A program made the position numbers and the translations under genes. The notes under the pieces were generated by a model. The model saw only the letters and a list, made by a program, of their open reading frames with translations, was not told the DNA's origin and did not search any database. DNA of 63,927 nt, the filler included, from Acidimicrobiia bacterium (GTDB lineage: Bacteria; Actinomycetota; Acidimicrobiia; Spongiisociales; JAENVV01): NCBI GenBank assembly GCA_041577335.1. It is 3 parts of 3 records of this genome, joined end to end, with 100 filler letters (N's around TTAATTAATTAA, not from the genome) between each part and the next. Parts side by side here need not be neighbours in the genome. Positions count along the whole stretch, not along the records: positions 29,217 to 58,233 come from JBFGJH010000042.1; positions 58,334 to 63,927 come from JBFGJH010000106.1; 1 more part is not named here. One strand, given 5' to 3'. This document shows, piece after piece, positions 48,105 to 58,702 of this stretch (positions within the stretch are counted from its first letter, which is position 1; every line of letters starts with the position of its first letter).

Positions 48105-51100
48105 TCAAGCGAATTCGGCTGTTGCTGCCAGACTGAGTATCTCTTGGTTTGCCGTGACGTTTTCGAGGAAGGCCCGTTTCGCTTCCGGATCTTTGATGCT
48201 CTCCGCCTGGTTCATCAGGAATCTGTGAGCTTCCGCCAATACCGAGCCAGCGCGGCTATCGCCTGCTGCAGCGAGAACGCGGTAGCAGGCCAGGTAGACG
48301 GCGATAGGTTCTTGAGCGCCGTCCAAGTTGCCGACACCGACCTGATCGAGGATTCCATCGACGAAGGACTGTGCTGTGACGAGATCGCCCTGGGCCAGCG
48401 CGATCCGCGCCAGGCCGGCGGCGGGCTCGGTCGACGCGCTGGGCAGACCTGAGCCCTTCAACAGCGCCATGGCCTCTTGGTACGCTTCGGCGGCGTCGGC
48501 CCACATTCCCAGCCCCTCTAGGCTGCGACCCAGACTCTGCCACGACCGGTCTTCGAGCCGCTGGTATTGGATCGCGTGGGCGATCTCGACGGCGCGTTGG
48601 CTGTACTCGCGTGCTTCCTGGTACTTCCCCCGGCTGCAAGCCAACACGGCGTGCCAGCGCAACGCGTCGGTGATCACGGACCTCTGGCCGATCCGCTGGG
48701 AGATGTCGAGGGAGCGCTTCAAATGCAGCTCGGCATCATCGAACAGGCCTAGCTTCACCGACAACCCACCGATACCCACGAGAACCTCCGACTCGAGAGC
48801 CTGATCGTCGGTGATAACACTGATAGGCAGAGCTTTTTCATACCAGCGTCGAGCGGACGAGAGATCGTGCCACTCCTGGGCCAACTCACCGAGGTTGAAC
48901 AAAGCCATGGCTTCGAGGCGTCGATCCCCAATTCGGTGGGCCCGCTCGAACGTCTGCTCGAAATACCCGCTCGCTTTCTTCAGATCGCCGTGCAGCGCCC
49001 ACATGACGCCAATGTTGTTGATGATGCGAGCCTCTCCGAAGGAGTCGTTGAGCCGCTCACAGATGCGCAGCGCCTCTTCAAAACCTGCCTTCGCCTCATC
49101 GACCTCGCCCCGCTCCATGTGGATGCGGGCTATGGCCCTCAGGACGGTGGATTGGATGTCATGTAGCGCACCGCTTTCTGCCAGCCCAAGCGAATACTCG
49201 CAGCGGGCTCTTGCGTCTTCATACATTCCCTGCTCCAAGAGCGAGTAGCCCCATTCGAGGTGGGCTCTCGCCTCGGTGGCAAGGTCTCTTCCGAGCGCAC
49301 CGAAATGGATTGCCTGCTCGGCGGCCACGATTGCTTCCGGGTAGTCACCCGTAGCATTGGCGAGGGCGGCTGTGCGAAGGGCGACCTCGGCTCGCATGGC
49401 ATCGTCGTCGAGCTCTTCCGCGACAGCGCGAAGCGCGTCGAGGTCGTCGGACTGCGCCTCCCGATCGCCCTCGAGCTCGTACGCCTGTTCCCGGGCACTC
49501 AGAAGGGCCCAAAGATCGAAGCTCTCCGTTGCGGGAGTCAGTGTCAGCGCCCGAGTGAAATACTCGATAGCCTCTTGGTTGGCGAAACGGGTCCGCGACA
49601 ATTCGCCGGCGCGCCGCAGATACGCTGCTGCCTTGTCGGCGAGGCCGGCTTCGTCGAAGTGACGGGCCAGCTGAACGACGAACTCGTCGATGCAACCAGC
49701 GCACAGCTCCTCGAGGGCGTTGCCGACATCTTCGTGCAGGTAGACGCGGTCTGCTTCGCTGAGGTTGAGATACAGGTAGCGCTGGAGCAGGTTGTGATGG
49801 AATGTATACAGCGAAAACCGCGAGCCGGTGTCTGTGAGGCGACGCTGGCCTCGTGAGCGGATCAACCGGTGCTGTTGTACGAGCTCACGGCCCAGCCGAT
49901 GAACGAGTCGTCGCACCTCAATGCTCTGGACTCTGGCTATGACCTCGGCGGTGAAGTCCTCGCCTTCGACGCTGCCGACAGTGAGAGCTTCGCGGAGATA
50001 CTCGTCGAGGCGCCCGATGCGCTCTTCGATGACGCCTTCTACGCGAGCCGGTATCGTGTCCCAGTCGAGCGACGCTCCCTCGACCCAGCGATCTTCGTTG
50101 TCCTTGACGAGATCACCGCGCTCCTGAAGTGCTCGCAGAAGCTCGATTGTGAAAAGCGGATGACCCTGGGTGTGGTCGTAGAGGGCCAGTCGGAAGTTCT
50201 GACTCAGGCGTTGCGGTTCGGCGTCGAGAACTGCATCGACGAGTCTCCTGCTCTCGTCGGGTCCGACATCGCCGAGATCGACTGAGCTATCGCCGAAGTA
50301 GCGCTTGAATTCGCTCACCACTTTCTCGAGCGGGTGGCGCCGGTTGCCTCGTCCGGAAGCTACCTCGGCCGGTCGGTAGGTACCCATTAGCAAGACGCGG
50401 CTGTCGCCAAGGCTCCTACCAAGCCGGAAAAGGAGCCCGATGGAGGCTGCATCGGCCCATTGCAGGTCGTCGAGAATCAGCAGGAGCGGCTGCTCTGTCG
50501 CCAGGCGGGTGATCACGTTCGTGTACTGCTCGAAGATGTTTGTTTGATCGATTCCACCCCGTTCGATCGGTTCGCGTAACTCAGCGAGATCGTCGAGCTT
50601 GTCGAGTTGCCCCGATTTCCTCGCTATGAATGCCGCCGCCCGCGCCGCCAAGGCTGCGCCGGGAACGAACGCCCCGATCAAATCGGGTCCAAGATCGACA
50701 ACAGCCTGGCCCGAGATGCCAAGGAATCTCTGAAGGCGCCCGGCGTTCTCCTCTGAGATCCGGCCTTCGGCGAGTTTGGCATCGACATCACCCGTCAGCT
50801 GGAGGAGCAGCTCCCGAAATGGCAGAAACGGATCTCCAGCACCGGTGTAGGCGTCGCTCTGACCGATCGCGACGATCAGGTCATCGTGCCGGTCTTGCGC
50901 CCTTCGGGCGAACTCGCGCACCAACGCCGTCTTTCCGCTCCCAGCCTCACCGACGACGAAGCACACCCGGCCGTGACCCTCCATGGCGGCGCCGAGGGCA
51001 TCGTCGAGTCGCGCCAGTTCTCTCTCTCGGGCCACGAAGGGTGGGGGACTGGCCCTGTCTCCCACCGCCAGGCTCGGCTCGGCAGATCTGCGGACGCCGT

Positions 51101-51137
51101 GCCTTTCTTCGCTGGGCGAACTGACGGTGCTCGGCAT
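48105..51137 (-). CDS. STAND-class AAA ATPase with C-terminal TPR array
   Basis: FVAREREL, GEAGSGKT, LLLILDDLQWAD, TQGHPLF, FHHNLL, then repeated TPR-like helices. Confidence 0.88.
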   Translation of the reverse strand: MPSTVSSPSEERHGVRRSAEPSLAVGDRASPPPFVARERELARLDDALGAAMEGHGRVCFVVGEAGSGKTALVREFARRAQDRHDDLIVAIGQSDAYTGAGDPFLPFRELLLQLTGDVDAKLAEGRISEENAGRLQRFLGISGQAVVDLGPDLIGAFVPGAALAARAAAFIARKSGQLDKLDDLAELREPIERGGIDQTNIFEQYTNVITRLATEQPLLLILDDLQWADAASIGLLFRLGRSLGDSRVLLMGTYRPAEVASGRGNRRHPLEKVVSEFKRYFGDSSVDLGDVGPDESRRLVDAVLDAEPQRLSQNFRLALYDHTQGHPLFTIELLRALQERGDLVKDNEDRWVEGASLDWDTIPARVEGVIEERIGRLDEYLREALTVGSVEGEDFTAEVIARVQSIEVRRLVHRLGRELVQQHRLIRSRGQRRLTDTGSRFSLYTFHHNLLQRYLYLNLSEADRVYLHEDVGNALEELCAGCIDEFVVQLARHFDEAGLADKAAAYLRRAGELSRTRFANQEAIEYFTRALTLTPATESFDLWALLSAREQAYELEGDREAQSDDLDALRAVAEELDDDAMRAEVALRTAALANATGDYPEAIVAAEQAIHFGALGRDLATEARAHLEWGYSLLEQGMYEDARARCEYSLGLAESGALHDIQSTVLRAIARIHMERGEVDEAKAGFEEALRICERLNDSFGEARIINNIGVMWALHGDLKKASGYFEQTFERAHRIGDRRLEAMALFNLGELAQEWHDLSSARRWYEKALPISVITDDQALESEVLVGIGGLSVKLGLFDDAELHLKRSLDISQRIGQRSVITDALRWHAVLACSRGKYQEAREYSQRAVEIAHAIQYQRLEDRSWQSLGRSLEGLGMWADAAEAYQEAMALLKGSGLPSASTEPAAGLARIALAQGDLVTAQSFVDGILDQVGVGNLDGAQEPIAVYLACYRVLAAAGDSRAGSVLAEAHRFLMNQAESIKDPEAKRAFLENVTANQEILSLAATAEFA

Positions 51138-51360
51138 CGTGCCGCCTTCCCTCGGTTGGCGCCCACTACCGCGTGCTGACGAAACAGTGGAACCCGTTCA
51201 CCTCGCGGGTCACTTTGCGTGGCGCACTTCCTCGATGATGGGCACGGCAGTTCCGAAGCGCTAGAGCCGGAAGGCCTTTCCGCTGCGTTGTTCTCTCGGC
51301 TGGGTGACCGAGCTGTTCGACCCCACCGAGCAGGCCCGGCCTTCGAGCTAGCTTGGGCCT

Positions 51361-52263
51361 ATGCAACCGAAAGACACTTCAATTGGATGGATCGGCACCG
51401 GGGTCATGGGTTCGTCGATGTGCGGCCACCTCATCGATGCCGGCGCCTCGGCAACCGTGTTCAGCCGTACGAGAGAACGGGCCGAACCGCTGCTGGCGAA
51501 GGGCGCGCAATGGGCCGACTCGCCGAGAGAAGTGGCCGCCGCGTCCGACGTCACCTTCGCCATCGTCGGGTTCCCCTCAGACGTTCGCGACGTGTTCTTG
51601 TCGGGGACCGGGGTCCTCGCCGGAGCGCGCCCGGGGTCGGTGGTGGTGGACATGACCACCAGCGAGCCGTCGTTGGCCGTCGAGATTCACGAGGCGGCGA
51701 CCGCCGGGGGAGTGGCGAGCATCGATGCGCCCGTGTCGGGCGGAGATGTCGGTGCCCGCAACGCCACGTTGTCGATCATGGTGGGTGGTGACGCCGACGC
51801 CGTCGACCGGGTCTGGCCGCTGCTCGAGGTCATGGGCAAAACCATCGTGCGGCAGGGCGGGCCGGGAGCCGGGCAGCACACCAAGATGGTGAACCAGACG
51901 CTGATCGCCACCGGCATGATCGGCGTCTGTGAGGCATTGCTCTACGCATATCGGGCCGGCCTCGACCTGGACACCGTCCTCGAGTCGGTGGCCGGCGGCG
52001 CGGCCGGGTCGTGGTCGCTCAGCAACTATGGGCCGCGGATGTTGGCCGGTGACTTCGAGCCGGGGTTCTTCGTCGACCACTTCGTGAAGGACATGGGCAT
52101 CACCCTGGCCGAAGCCCGCCGCATGAAGCTGTCACTCCCCGGGCTGGCTCTGGCTCACGAGCTGTATGTCGCGCTCCAGGCGCAGGGCGGCGGCCGCCAG
52201 GGAACCCAGGCACTGCTGCTGGCGCTGGCCCGGCTCTCCGACGTCCACTGGCCCGATGGCTAG
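51361..52263 (+). CDS. Beta-hydroxyacid dehydrogenase (GarR/MmsB family)
   Basis: [28 protein letters not shown]. Confidence 0.92.
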   Translation: MQPKDTSIGWIGTGVMGSSMCGHLIDAGASATVFSRTRERAEPLLAKGAQWADSPREVAAASDVTFAIVGFPSDVRDVFLSGTGVLAGARPGSVVVDMTTSEPSLAVEIHEAATAGGVASIDAPVSGGDVGARNATLSIMVGGDADAVDRVWPLLEVMGKTIVRQGGPGAGQHTKMVNQTLIATGMIGVCEALLYAYRAGLDLDTVLESVAGGAAGSWSLSNYGPRMLAGDFEPGFFVDHFVKDMGITLAEARRMKLSLPGLALAHELYVALQAQGGGRQGTQALLLALARLSDVHWPDG

Positions 52264-52288
52264 CCAGATCCGAAAGTAGGATCGACCC

Positions 52289-53494
52289 ATGACGGTGTGG
52301 GCCAACTGGGTTGGGAATCAGTCCTTTGAGCCTCGCGAGGTGGCGTCTGTGTCGAGCGAGGCCGAGGTCGCACAACACGTCGCACGGGCTGCTGCCGACG
52401 GATTGGGGGTTCGAACCTTTGGAGCGGCTCATTCCTTTACTCCGATCGTGGAGACCGACATCCTCCTCGACACGTCAGCCATGCGGGGCATCGTCGGCGT
52501 GGATGCCGACCGGATGCTGGCTCGGGCCTTGCCCAAGACAACCATCGGCGACTTCGGCGAGCCGCTGTGGGAGCACGGTTTGGCGTTGGCCAACCAGGGC
52601 GATATCGACACCCAGGCCATCGCCGGTGCCGTCGCCACCGCTACCCACGGGTCAGGGCGCCAGTTCCCGTCGTTCTCGGCCACGCTCGAGGGAGCGCGCC
52701 TGGTCGACGGAACCGGACAATTGGTCGAGGTGACCCGCCAAGCGAATCCCGACGAGCTGGCGGCCCTGCAGACGTCTATCGGGTTGATGGGCATCATGAC
52801 TGAGCTGACCATCAAAGTGGCTCCGGCCTATCACCTGCACGCTCGCACCGACATCATGCCGTTCGACGAAATGCTGGAGAGCTTCGAGAACGACATCGAC
52901 CTGTACCGCCACTACGGGCTGTTCTGGATGCCGACCGACGAGTCGGCCCGGCTGTACAACCTCGAAGGAGCAGGCGCCGACGACTGTGTCGTGAAGCGGT
53001 ATCTCGAGGTCGACGCCGACGCTGACATTGAGCTCGGACCGCATGAGCGAATGGGCCGTTCCTATCAGATCTATCCAATGGTCTACGACCCGAACTTCCA
53101 CGAGGTGGAGTACTTCCTTCCGCTGGAGCGGTGGCGAGACATCCTCATCGAGATGCGACGGCTCATGCTCCGCTGGGATCCATTGAGCATCTATCCGCTC
53201 GAGATACGACTCGTGGCCGCCGAGGATGCGTGGATGAGCCCCAACTACCAGCGCGACAACCTCGTCGTGTCGATCTCCGGCCAGCCGGGCGCCGACTACT
53301 GGCCCTACCTGCGAGCGTGCGACAGCCTCTTCGCCGAGTTCGGCGGGCGCCCCCACTGGGGCAAGCTGCATTTGATGACCGCCGATCGCGTGGCCAGGTT
53401 GTTCCCACGGTACGAGGACTTCCTCGAGGTGCGGCGCAGGTTCGACCCCAACGGCACCTTCCTCAACGACCACCTCCGGCCGTTGTTCGGCTGA
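52289..53494 (+). CDS. FAD-linked oxidoreductase (aldonolactone oxidase family)
   Basis: WANW, GAAHSF, TATHGSG, PLEIR, RPHWGK, DPNGTFLN. Confidence 0.9.
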   Translation: MTVWANWVGNQSFEPREVASVSSEAEVAQHVARAAADGLGVRTFGAAHSFTPIVETDILLDTSAMRGIVGVDADRMLARALPKTTIGDFGEPLWEHGLALANQGDIDTQAIAGAVATATHGSGRQFPSFSATLEGARLVDGTGQLVEVTRQANPDELAALQTSIGLMGIMTELTIKVAPAYHLHARTDIMPFDEMLESFENDIDLYRHYGLFWMPTDESARLYNLEGAGADDCVVKRYLEVDADADIELGPHERMGRSYQIYPMVYDPNFHEVEYFLPLERWRDILIEMRRLMLRWDPLSIYPLEIRLVAAEDAWMSPNYQRDNLVVSISGQPGADYWPYLRACDSLFAEFGGRPHWGKLHLMTADRVARLFPRYEDFLEVRRRFDPNGTFLNDHLRPLFG

Positions 53495-53586
53495 GCCGAC
53501 TGTCGGGCGGAGCTGCTCCCATCTTCGCCCCCGTTCTTGCGCTGCAGAGGGTGTACATCTGCGACGAGGCTCGCAGAGATAATCCG

Positions 53587-53766
53587 ATGGTTCCATTTGT
53601 TGCAGTTTTGGCATTTTCTGGTGGCGTATACGCATTGAGGCGATGGCTGCGCCGGCAGGAACGTGAGGGACACTGGGACAAAGAAGGCCACGGTATGCCG
53701 GAGCATCAGGAGCCTGGAGTGAAGTTCCGGCCGCTCGAATCACCGCCACGGGAGCCGTTCAACTAA
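53587..53766 (+). CDS. Possible small single-TM protein
   Basis: MVPFVAVLAFSGGVYALRRWLRRQEREGHWD..; start uncertain. Confidence 0.4.
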   Translation: MVPFVAVLAFSGGVYALRRWLRRQEREGHWDKEGHGMPEHQEPGVKFRPLESPPREPFN

Positions 53767-53943
53767 CGCCGTGCCGGCTATGGACGCCCGGATGATGTCC
53801 CGGAGGCCGTCGTCCCCGACCACGAGGTGACGACGATACCTCCCAATCGGCCGGCGACGAAGGAGAGGATCCTCAGGTCGATCTAGCCACGCGCACTGAG
53901 AACACCTGCAGGTGGCGCCCCACCGGCGCGACCAAAAGCGTGC

Positions 53944-54732
53944 CTAGTTCCGTTGACGTTTGGACTCGGCGAGGATCTGGTCGGCCTCCCCTCTGGACAA
54001 TCGCCCCGCGATGACAGCCTCTTCGAGATTGGATCTGGTGTTCGTGAGCACCTGGCGATCCGTCTTCTTTGGCCGCGTCTTCGGACCGTTTGCTGGTCGG
54101 CTGTGCCCGGCCGGGCGGAGCATCTGCTCAACGCCGCCTGGTGATCCTACCCACGGGTTCGCGTCCATGAATGCCTTCAGGTACTCAGGGTTGGTGAAGG
54201 TGAATTTGCACAAAATTGCCCCAGCTCGGATTCCGTGGTCCTGACGCGTCATAGACCATTCGAATCCCGTCGTTGCCAAGAATGGCCATGTCGATCGATC
54301 CGTGCCGAATTTAGCTCTCAGGATTGGTACCGAAAGCCCAAACACAACAAGGGTCAGCACCGAGGCCCCAGCGATCCCTCCAGCGAGCGCTGTCGGAACT
54401 GGCTCTGAGTCTGGAGCAGCAAGCATCAAGAAGAGCCCGGCACCAACGAGTGCCGAGGCAGCGACGATCAGCCACTTGACGTACCGTGATCTGAATTGGC
54501 GGTGGTGGTTGTCGCAGTAAGGAACCCGAAAGGAGATCTCTTTCGTGCTGTATGTCGTGTATTCCTTGAAGCCAGTATGGACCGTCCATTGCGCGTTGGC
54601 CTTCTGGTCATCGAATCCGCGCGGCGGCGCACCGCACACCACGCACATCTGAGGCATAGCGACCAGCCGCGAGCCGCTCATCGCGATTGTGTCGGGTCGC
54701 AGCAAGCCGCCGCATTCATTGGTACCTGCCAT
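53944..54732 (-). CDS. Hypothetical two-TM protein with CxxC..CxxH motif
   Basis: GGAAGGAGG RBS before ATG 54732; PQMCVVCG, VPYCDNH, two hydrophobic helices. Confidence 0.7.
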   Translation of the reverse strand: MAGTNECGGLLRPDTIAMSGSRLVAMPQMCVVCGAPPRGFDDQKANAQWTVHTGFKEYTTYSTKEISFRVPYCDNHHRQFRSRYVKWLIVAASALVGAGLFLMLAAPDSEPVPTALAGGIAGASVLTLVVFGLSVPILRAKFGTDRSTWPFLATTGFEWSMTRQDHGIRAGAILCKFTFTNPEYLKAFMDANPWVGSPGGVEQMLRPAGHSRPANGPKTRPKKTDRQVLTNTRSNLEEAVIAGRLSRGEADQILAESKRQRN

Positions 54733-55217
54733 CGTTTCCTCCTTCCATCGCCGTCTGCTTTGCACGTTCGGCGGGAGCCGTGAGGCAACAGTCCGCGCTG
54801 CGTCGGAGCCCGGACCTGCTCCGCCTCGACAAAAGGGTGTCACCATCCCACCAGGTCGGCTAGGGGACAAGGACTCTTCGCGAGAGAAAGGTCGGCTACG
54901 CACGAGGTTGCGCCTGGTGCGCGCCGGAGATTTGTCCGCTGAGTTGTAGGTAGGGAAGCTCTCGGCGGACCCGTATTGAATAGAGATGCCCGTGATGCGG
55001 TGGTCCGTCCGATCACCATCTAAGGGCCGAACGGCCGGACTCCCGGGGCCGCCGCCTCTATGAATATCCGGCAACATTGGGCACGATCACTCTCAGTGAT
55101 CTAGGCCTTTGACATGGGCAAGCGGGTCGTTCTTCGGCACCGCCGGTCATGCCTGAAGGGTGCAGGCGGGATGGGGTTAGCTCGAGCGGGCCGACTCCAC
55201 GAGTGGAAGGAGGCAGC

Positions 55218-55436
55218 GTGACTGACACAAAGGTCCAATCCTCGGAAGTCGTACAAGAGGTTCAGGAGTCGAAGGGGTCGTATTTTCAAGACCAGTTCAT
55301 TTCGATTCTGTTTCCGATCTTCGCGTTGTGGTACGGCCCGAAGTACCTGATGAGGGGAGAAGTCGCCAAGGGAGTGGCCATTCTGGTCATCTTCGTCGTT
55401 GAGATGTTGGTCGTGTTCTCGCTGCGAGCGCAGTGA
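55218..55436 (+). CDS. Small membrane protein
   Basis: GGAAGGAGG RBS before GTG; two short hydrophobic segments. Confidence 0.65.
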   Translation: MTDTKVQSSEVVQEVQESKGSYFQDQFISILFPIFALWYGPKYLMRGEVAKGVAILVIFVVEMLVVFSLRAQ

Positions 55437-55813
55437 GGCTGCGATAGCGGCAAAGGTTTTGAGTCGGTTTTTCGGCGGGGGGTGGCGCGCTTTCGTCGCT
55501 GAGGTCGACGCGCTAAAGCAGTGATGTGAACGCGGCGGGTAGGGCCGTGTTGGCGGCGTTGTCCTGAACGATCGAACACGTAGGCAGGCGTCCCTTCCTC
55601 GCCAGATTCGTCACCCTCGTAGCTTGGCTACCGGCCTCCATCGCCCGCGTCGTCTGCGAACACCTTGGCCGACACCGAATCGGATGCATAGAAGACGATC
55701 GTGTCGTCAGATCTGGCGATCAGTCCGATATCAGGCGTCAGGACGGCTGGTCCGCTCCTCGTTCTCTTCCGGTCGGCATGATCTGCTGACTGGCTGATGC
55801 GTGCGCGACGGAT

Positions 55814-57112
55814 TCAGCAGTTTCCGGCGACGTAGGCGTCGACTGTTTCGAACGAGTCTCCTGCTTCATCGGACAACCGGTCGAGCTCAGCGGATGCCTC
55901 CGGGCTGTCGATGATCACCACGAAATCCCAGTCGTTGTTGGAAAGCAACTCGACCATTCCTGCCATGAACACGGCCATCGCCTGAGCTTCGGCTTGGATC
56001 TCGGCAGGGGCCACGTCGACGAGCTGTTCGTAGGCCTCCACATGGCTCCAGTACCAAGCCGCCTTTTCCTCGGTGGTAGCCCAATCCGGGTTCTCGGTCG
56101 CGTCCATGATGGATTGGACCAGCGAGCAGAACTCAGCTGCCGACGCATCAACAGCGACGTCCGACGTGGGACCGGAACTATCGGGACCTCCCGAAGCAGC
56201 CTCTCCAGCCACCTCCAGCATGCCGGACGAGCTAACGACGAGCCTCGTCCCTTCTTCGTACCATTGGCCGAACAGTTCCAAGCCACCTGGACCGATATCG
56301 AGACCGAGACCCGGCCTCAGATCGATCCAGGACTCATCAACATTGAACGACGAGCCTGCTCGTGCCGTTGTCCCACTCACGAGCACCATTTCACCGGCCA
56401 GAACGTCGGCCTTTATGGGAAGCTCAGCGTCGCTCGCAGTGAGGAGGATCAGATTGTCCGGCTCGGGCATGGTGGTTGTCGTTGTTGTGGCAGGCGCAGC
56501 TGAGGCGTCGTAGTCGGGGTCGATCAAGCTCCGGTCCGTGCAGAGCCACGCTGCTCCTTCGACCAGGCGGAAACCGGCGCCTTCTTTCGCGAGGGTCGCT
56601 CCTGCGTCACCGGCAACGACGAAGGTGGAGGATCCCTCGGGGAAGGTCGGGCCGATGAGGCCAACCGACATGTCTACTGACACACCCTGGGATGGATGAT
56701 CGGTAAAAAGGGAATCCACGGCAGCGACCGCTCCGGGCCCTAGCTCCATCGTCTTCATGCAGAATTCGCACGTCTCACCGTTGACGACGGGGACTGTGCC
56801 GTCGATGGATATTTCGATCCTGCCTGCCTCGTCCGCCATGTCCACGGTCAGTGTTCCTTCGCCGGCAATCTCGCTGATTCCGGGTATCGAGAGAACGCTG
56901 TCCATTTCGAACGGCGTGCCAATGGGCGGAAGTGTGGTCGTGGTAGTTGCGGGTGCAGCCGTGGTCGTAGCTGCCTGCGCCTCTGCCGGAGCGGTCGTCG
57001 TCGCCGTCTGAGCGTCGCCTCCGCAGGCGGTCAAGCCCACTGTGAGGGCAGCGACCGTATAAAAGATAAGCGCAGCCGACCTGGGCCTGCGACGTTTGAT
57101 CGAACTCATCAC
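55814..57112 (-). CDS. Hypothetical multidomain lipoprotein
   Basis: GGAGG RBS, LTACGG lipobox, poly-Thr linkers, C-terminal helical domain bracketed by Cys. Confidence 0.8.
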   Translation of the reverse strand: MMSSIKRRRPRSAALIFYTVAALTVGLTACGGDAQTATTTAPAEAQAATTTAAPATTTTTLPPIGTPFEMDSVLSIPGISEIAGEGTLTVDMADEAGRIEISIDGTVPVVNGETCEFCMKTMELGPGAVAAVDSLFTDHPSQGVSVDMSVGLIGPTFPEGSSTFVVAGDAGATLAKEGAGFRLVEGAAWLCTDRSLIDPDYDASAAPATTTTTTMPEPDNLILLTASDAELPIKADVLAGEMVLVSGTTARAGSSFNVDESWIDLRPGLGLDIGPGGLELFGQWYEEGTRLVVSSSGMLEVAGEAASGGPDSSGPTSDVAVDASAAEFCSLVQSIMDATENPDWATTEEKAAWYWSHVEAYEQLVDVAPAEIQAEAQAMAVFMAGMVELLSNNDWDFVVIIDSPEASAELDRLSDEAGDSFETVDAYVAGNC

Positions 57113-57504
57113 ACCACCTCCAACATCTGCTGAGGGGTTCTGAGCGCGCCAGGTCAGAAGCGGCTAGTGACGATGCCCCAAAATGACGATCTCTGATCGC
57201 GACAGCCCCGTCGGGTTTGAATGTCGCCGATCACCGACGAACCCCCCGATTCCTTGTTTCTGAGCATGACGGCCACTCGAAGCCGTTGCTAGAGGCGTTT
57301 GGCCGTTCCTGAAAGTGCGCCGGCCAAGACCGTTGCGCCGGCTGATTGGTGCCGACTGAGCGATGGCCCCTGATGCCTCCATGAGAGGAATGGGCGCCAT
57401 ACCGCGAACCAAAGGAGCGTTTGGATCGCTCGCTCGGTGTCCCGCTAGGTTCGACTGATGGGCTGTACCTCTATTTCGCCGACATCCGCCCCGGCCGGGA
57501 CCGA

Positions 57505-57885
57505 ATGATGAACCCGCCGGCAATGGCCGGGTGGAACCTGGCGCTTCGCTTCGTGCTCGAGATAGCTGCCCTTGCTGGCCTCGGCGCCGCCGCCTGGAGC
57601 TCGAACTCGGGAGCGATGCGGTGGGTTTTGGTTATCGCCGTCCCTCTTGCGGCAGCCACGGTGTGGGGAGTCTTCAACGTCCTCAACGACCCAAGCCGCT
57701 CCGGGCAGGCGCCGATCGTGGTGGCCGGCTGGATTCGACTTGGCATCGAGTTGATCGTCCTCGGTGCGGGCGCCGCTGCGATCGGGATCGCCTGGAACCC
57801 GGTTCTTGGCGTCGGCTTCGCGGTGCTGGTGGCGATTCACTATGCCGCGTCCATGAGCAGAATTCGGTGGCTGCTCCGGCAGTGA
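57505..57885 (+). CDS. YrdB/DUF2568 family membrane protein
   Basis: NLALRFVLE, WGVF..DPSRSG.AP, RLGIEL. Confidence 0.82.
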   Translation: MMNPPAMAGWNLALRFVLEIAALAGLGAAAWSSNSGAMRWVLVIAVPLAAATVWGVFNVLNDPSRSGQAPIVVAGWIRLGIELIVLGAGAAAIGIAWNPVLGVGFAVLVAIHYAASMSRIRWLLRQ

Positions 57886-57996
57886 CAGCCGGGCCGGGAG
57901 GAGGGGCGTCGTGCCCGCTACGACCTCTCGACCGAGCGCGCCGACGGGTGACTGGGGCTTCCCAATGACCGCCCGGCAGGTTGTATTCTCGCCAAC

Positions 57997-58233
57997 GTGC
58001 ACATCTCGAGCATCATCCTGCGGGTCGAAGACATGGATAGGTCAATCGCCTTCTGGTCCGGCGCCGTTGGTCTGACCGTCGTCCCCCAGGCCGGTGGGTT
58101 CGCCACCTTGGACGGTGGCACGATCTCACTGCTATTGGCGCCGAACGGAGGGCCGGTTACCGACGAATCTCTGACCGAGGTGGTCTTCGAAGACATGAAC
58201 GTTCGCCAGACGTATCAAGCCATGGCAGAGCGC
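57997..58233 (+). CDS. VOC family protein, truncated by contig end
   Basis: IILRVEDMDRSIAFWSGAVGL; TATTCT 7 nt upstream. Confidence 0.8.
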
Positions 58234-58333
58234 NNNNNNNNNNNNNNNNNNNNNNNNNNNNNNNNNNNNNNNNNNNNTTAATTAATTAANNNNNNNNNNN
58301 NNNNNNNNNNNNNNNNNNNNNNNNNNNNNNNNN
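58234..58333. other. Artificial contig linker
   Basis: Same 100-bp N/TTAATTAATTAA construct as 29117-29216. Confidence 0.95.
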
Positions 58334-58334
58334 G

Positions 58335-58625
58335 ACCGACCGGGCCATGTACCGTCAGCGCCTCCAACAGAAGACACTGCCGGACTCAACCTTCTTCGAG
58401 CTGACGATCCGCTCCCGGTCTCCACTGATCGCCAAGTCGGTCCGCGACATCGACTGGCCCGCCAATGCCACACTTGTTTCAATCCGGCGCGGCGGCTCGG
58501 TCACGATTCCACGCGGCGATTCGGTGTTCAACGCAGGTGACACACTCACCCTGTTCGGTACCGGAGAGGCCAGGGAGCACATTGCGATGCTCGTCGAGCC
58601 TCTCTGGAACGATTCCGATGGATAA
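58335..58625 (+). CDS. C-terminal TrkA-C (RCK-C) domain of a truncated gene
   Basis: SPLIAKSVRDIDWP..LVSIRRGG..IPRGD..AGDTL. Confidence 0.8.
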   Translation, partial: TDRAMYRQRLQQKTLPDSTFFELTIRSRSPLIAKSVRDIDWPANATLVSIRRGGSVTIPRGDSVFNAGDTLTLFGTGEAREHIAMLVEPLWNDSDG

Positions 58626-58702
58626 CCCGGAGCGAAGACCGGGGCAGCCTCGCAGGCAACATCGACCGGATCACCTCAGCCCCCGCTACGCCCTCGACAG
58701 CA

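Noticed and set aside
51210..51260. Minus-strand peptide RFGTAVPIIEEVRHAK* as a gene remnant or lost STAND effector
   Set aside because: Only 16 codons, bounded by stops, and not assignable to a family
54740..55100. Riboswitch in long leaders (also 57120-57420 and 28490-28740)
   Set aside because: No conserved core of TPP, cobalamin, SAM, FMN, glycine, c-di-GMP or c-di-AMP riboswitches recognised by eye; an Rfam scan is needed to exclude fully
55572..55587. LexA (SOS) box TCGAACACGTAGGCAG
   Set aside because: Only the left half matches TCGAAC-N4-GTTCGA, and it lies between convergent gene ends
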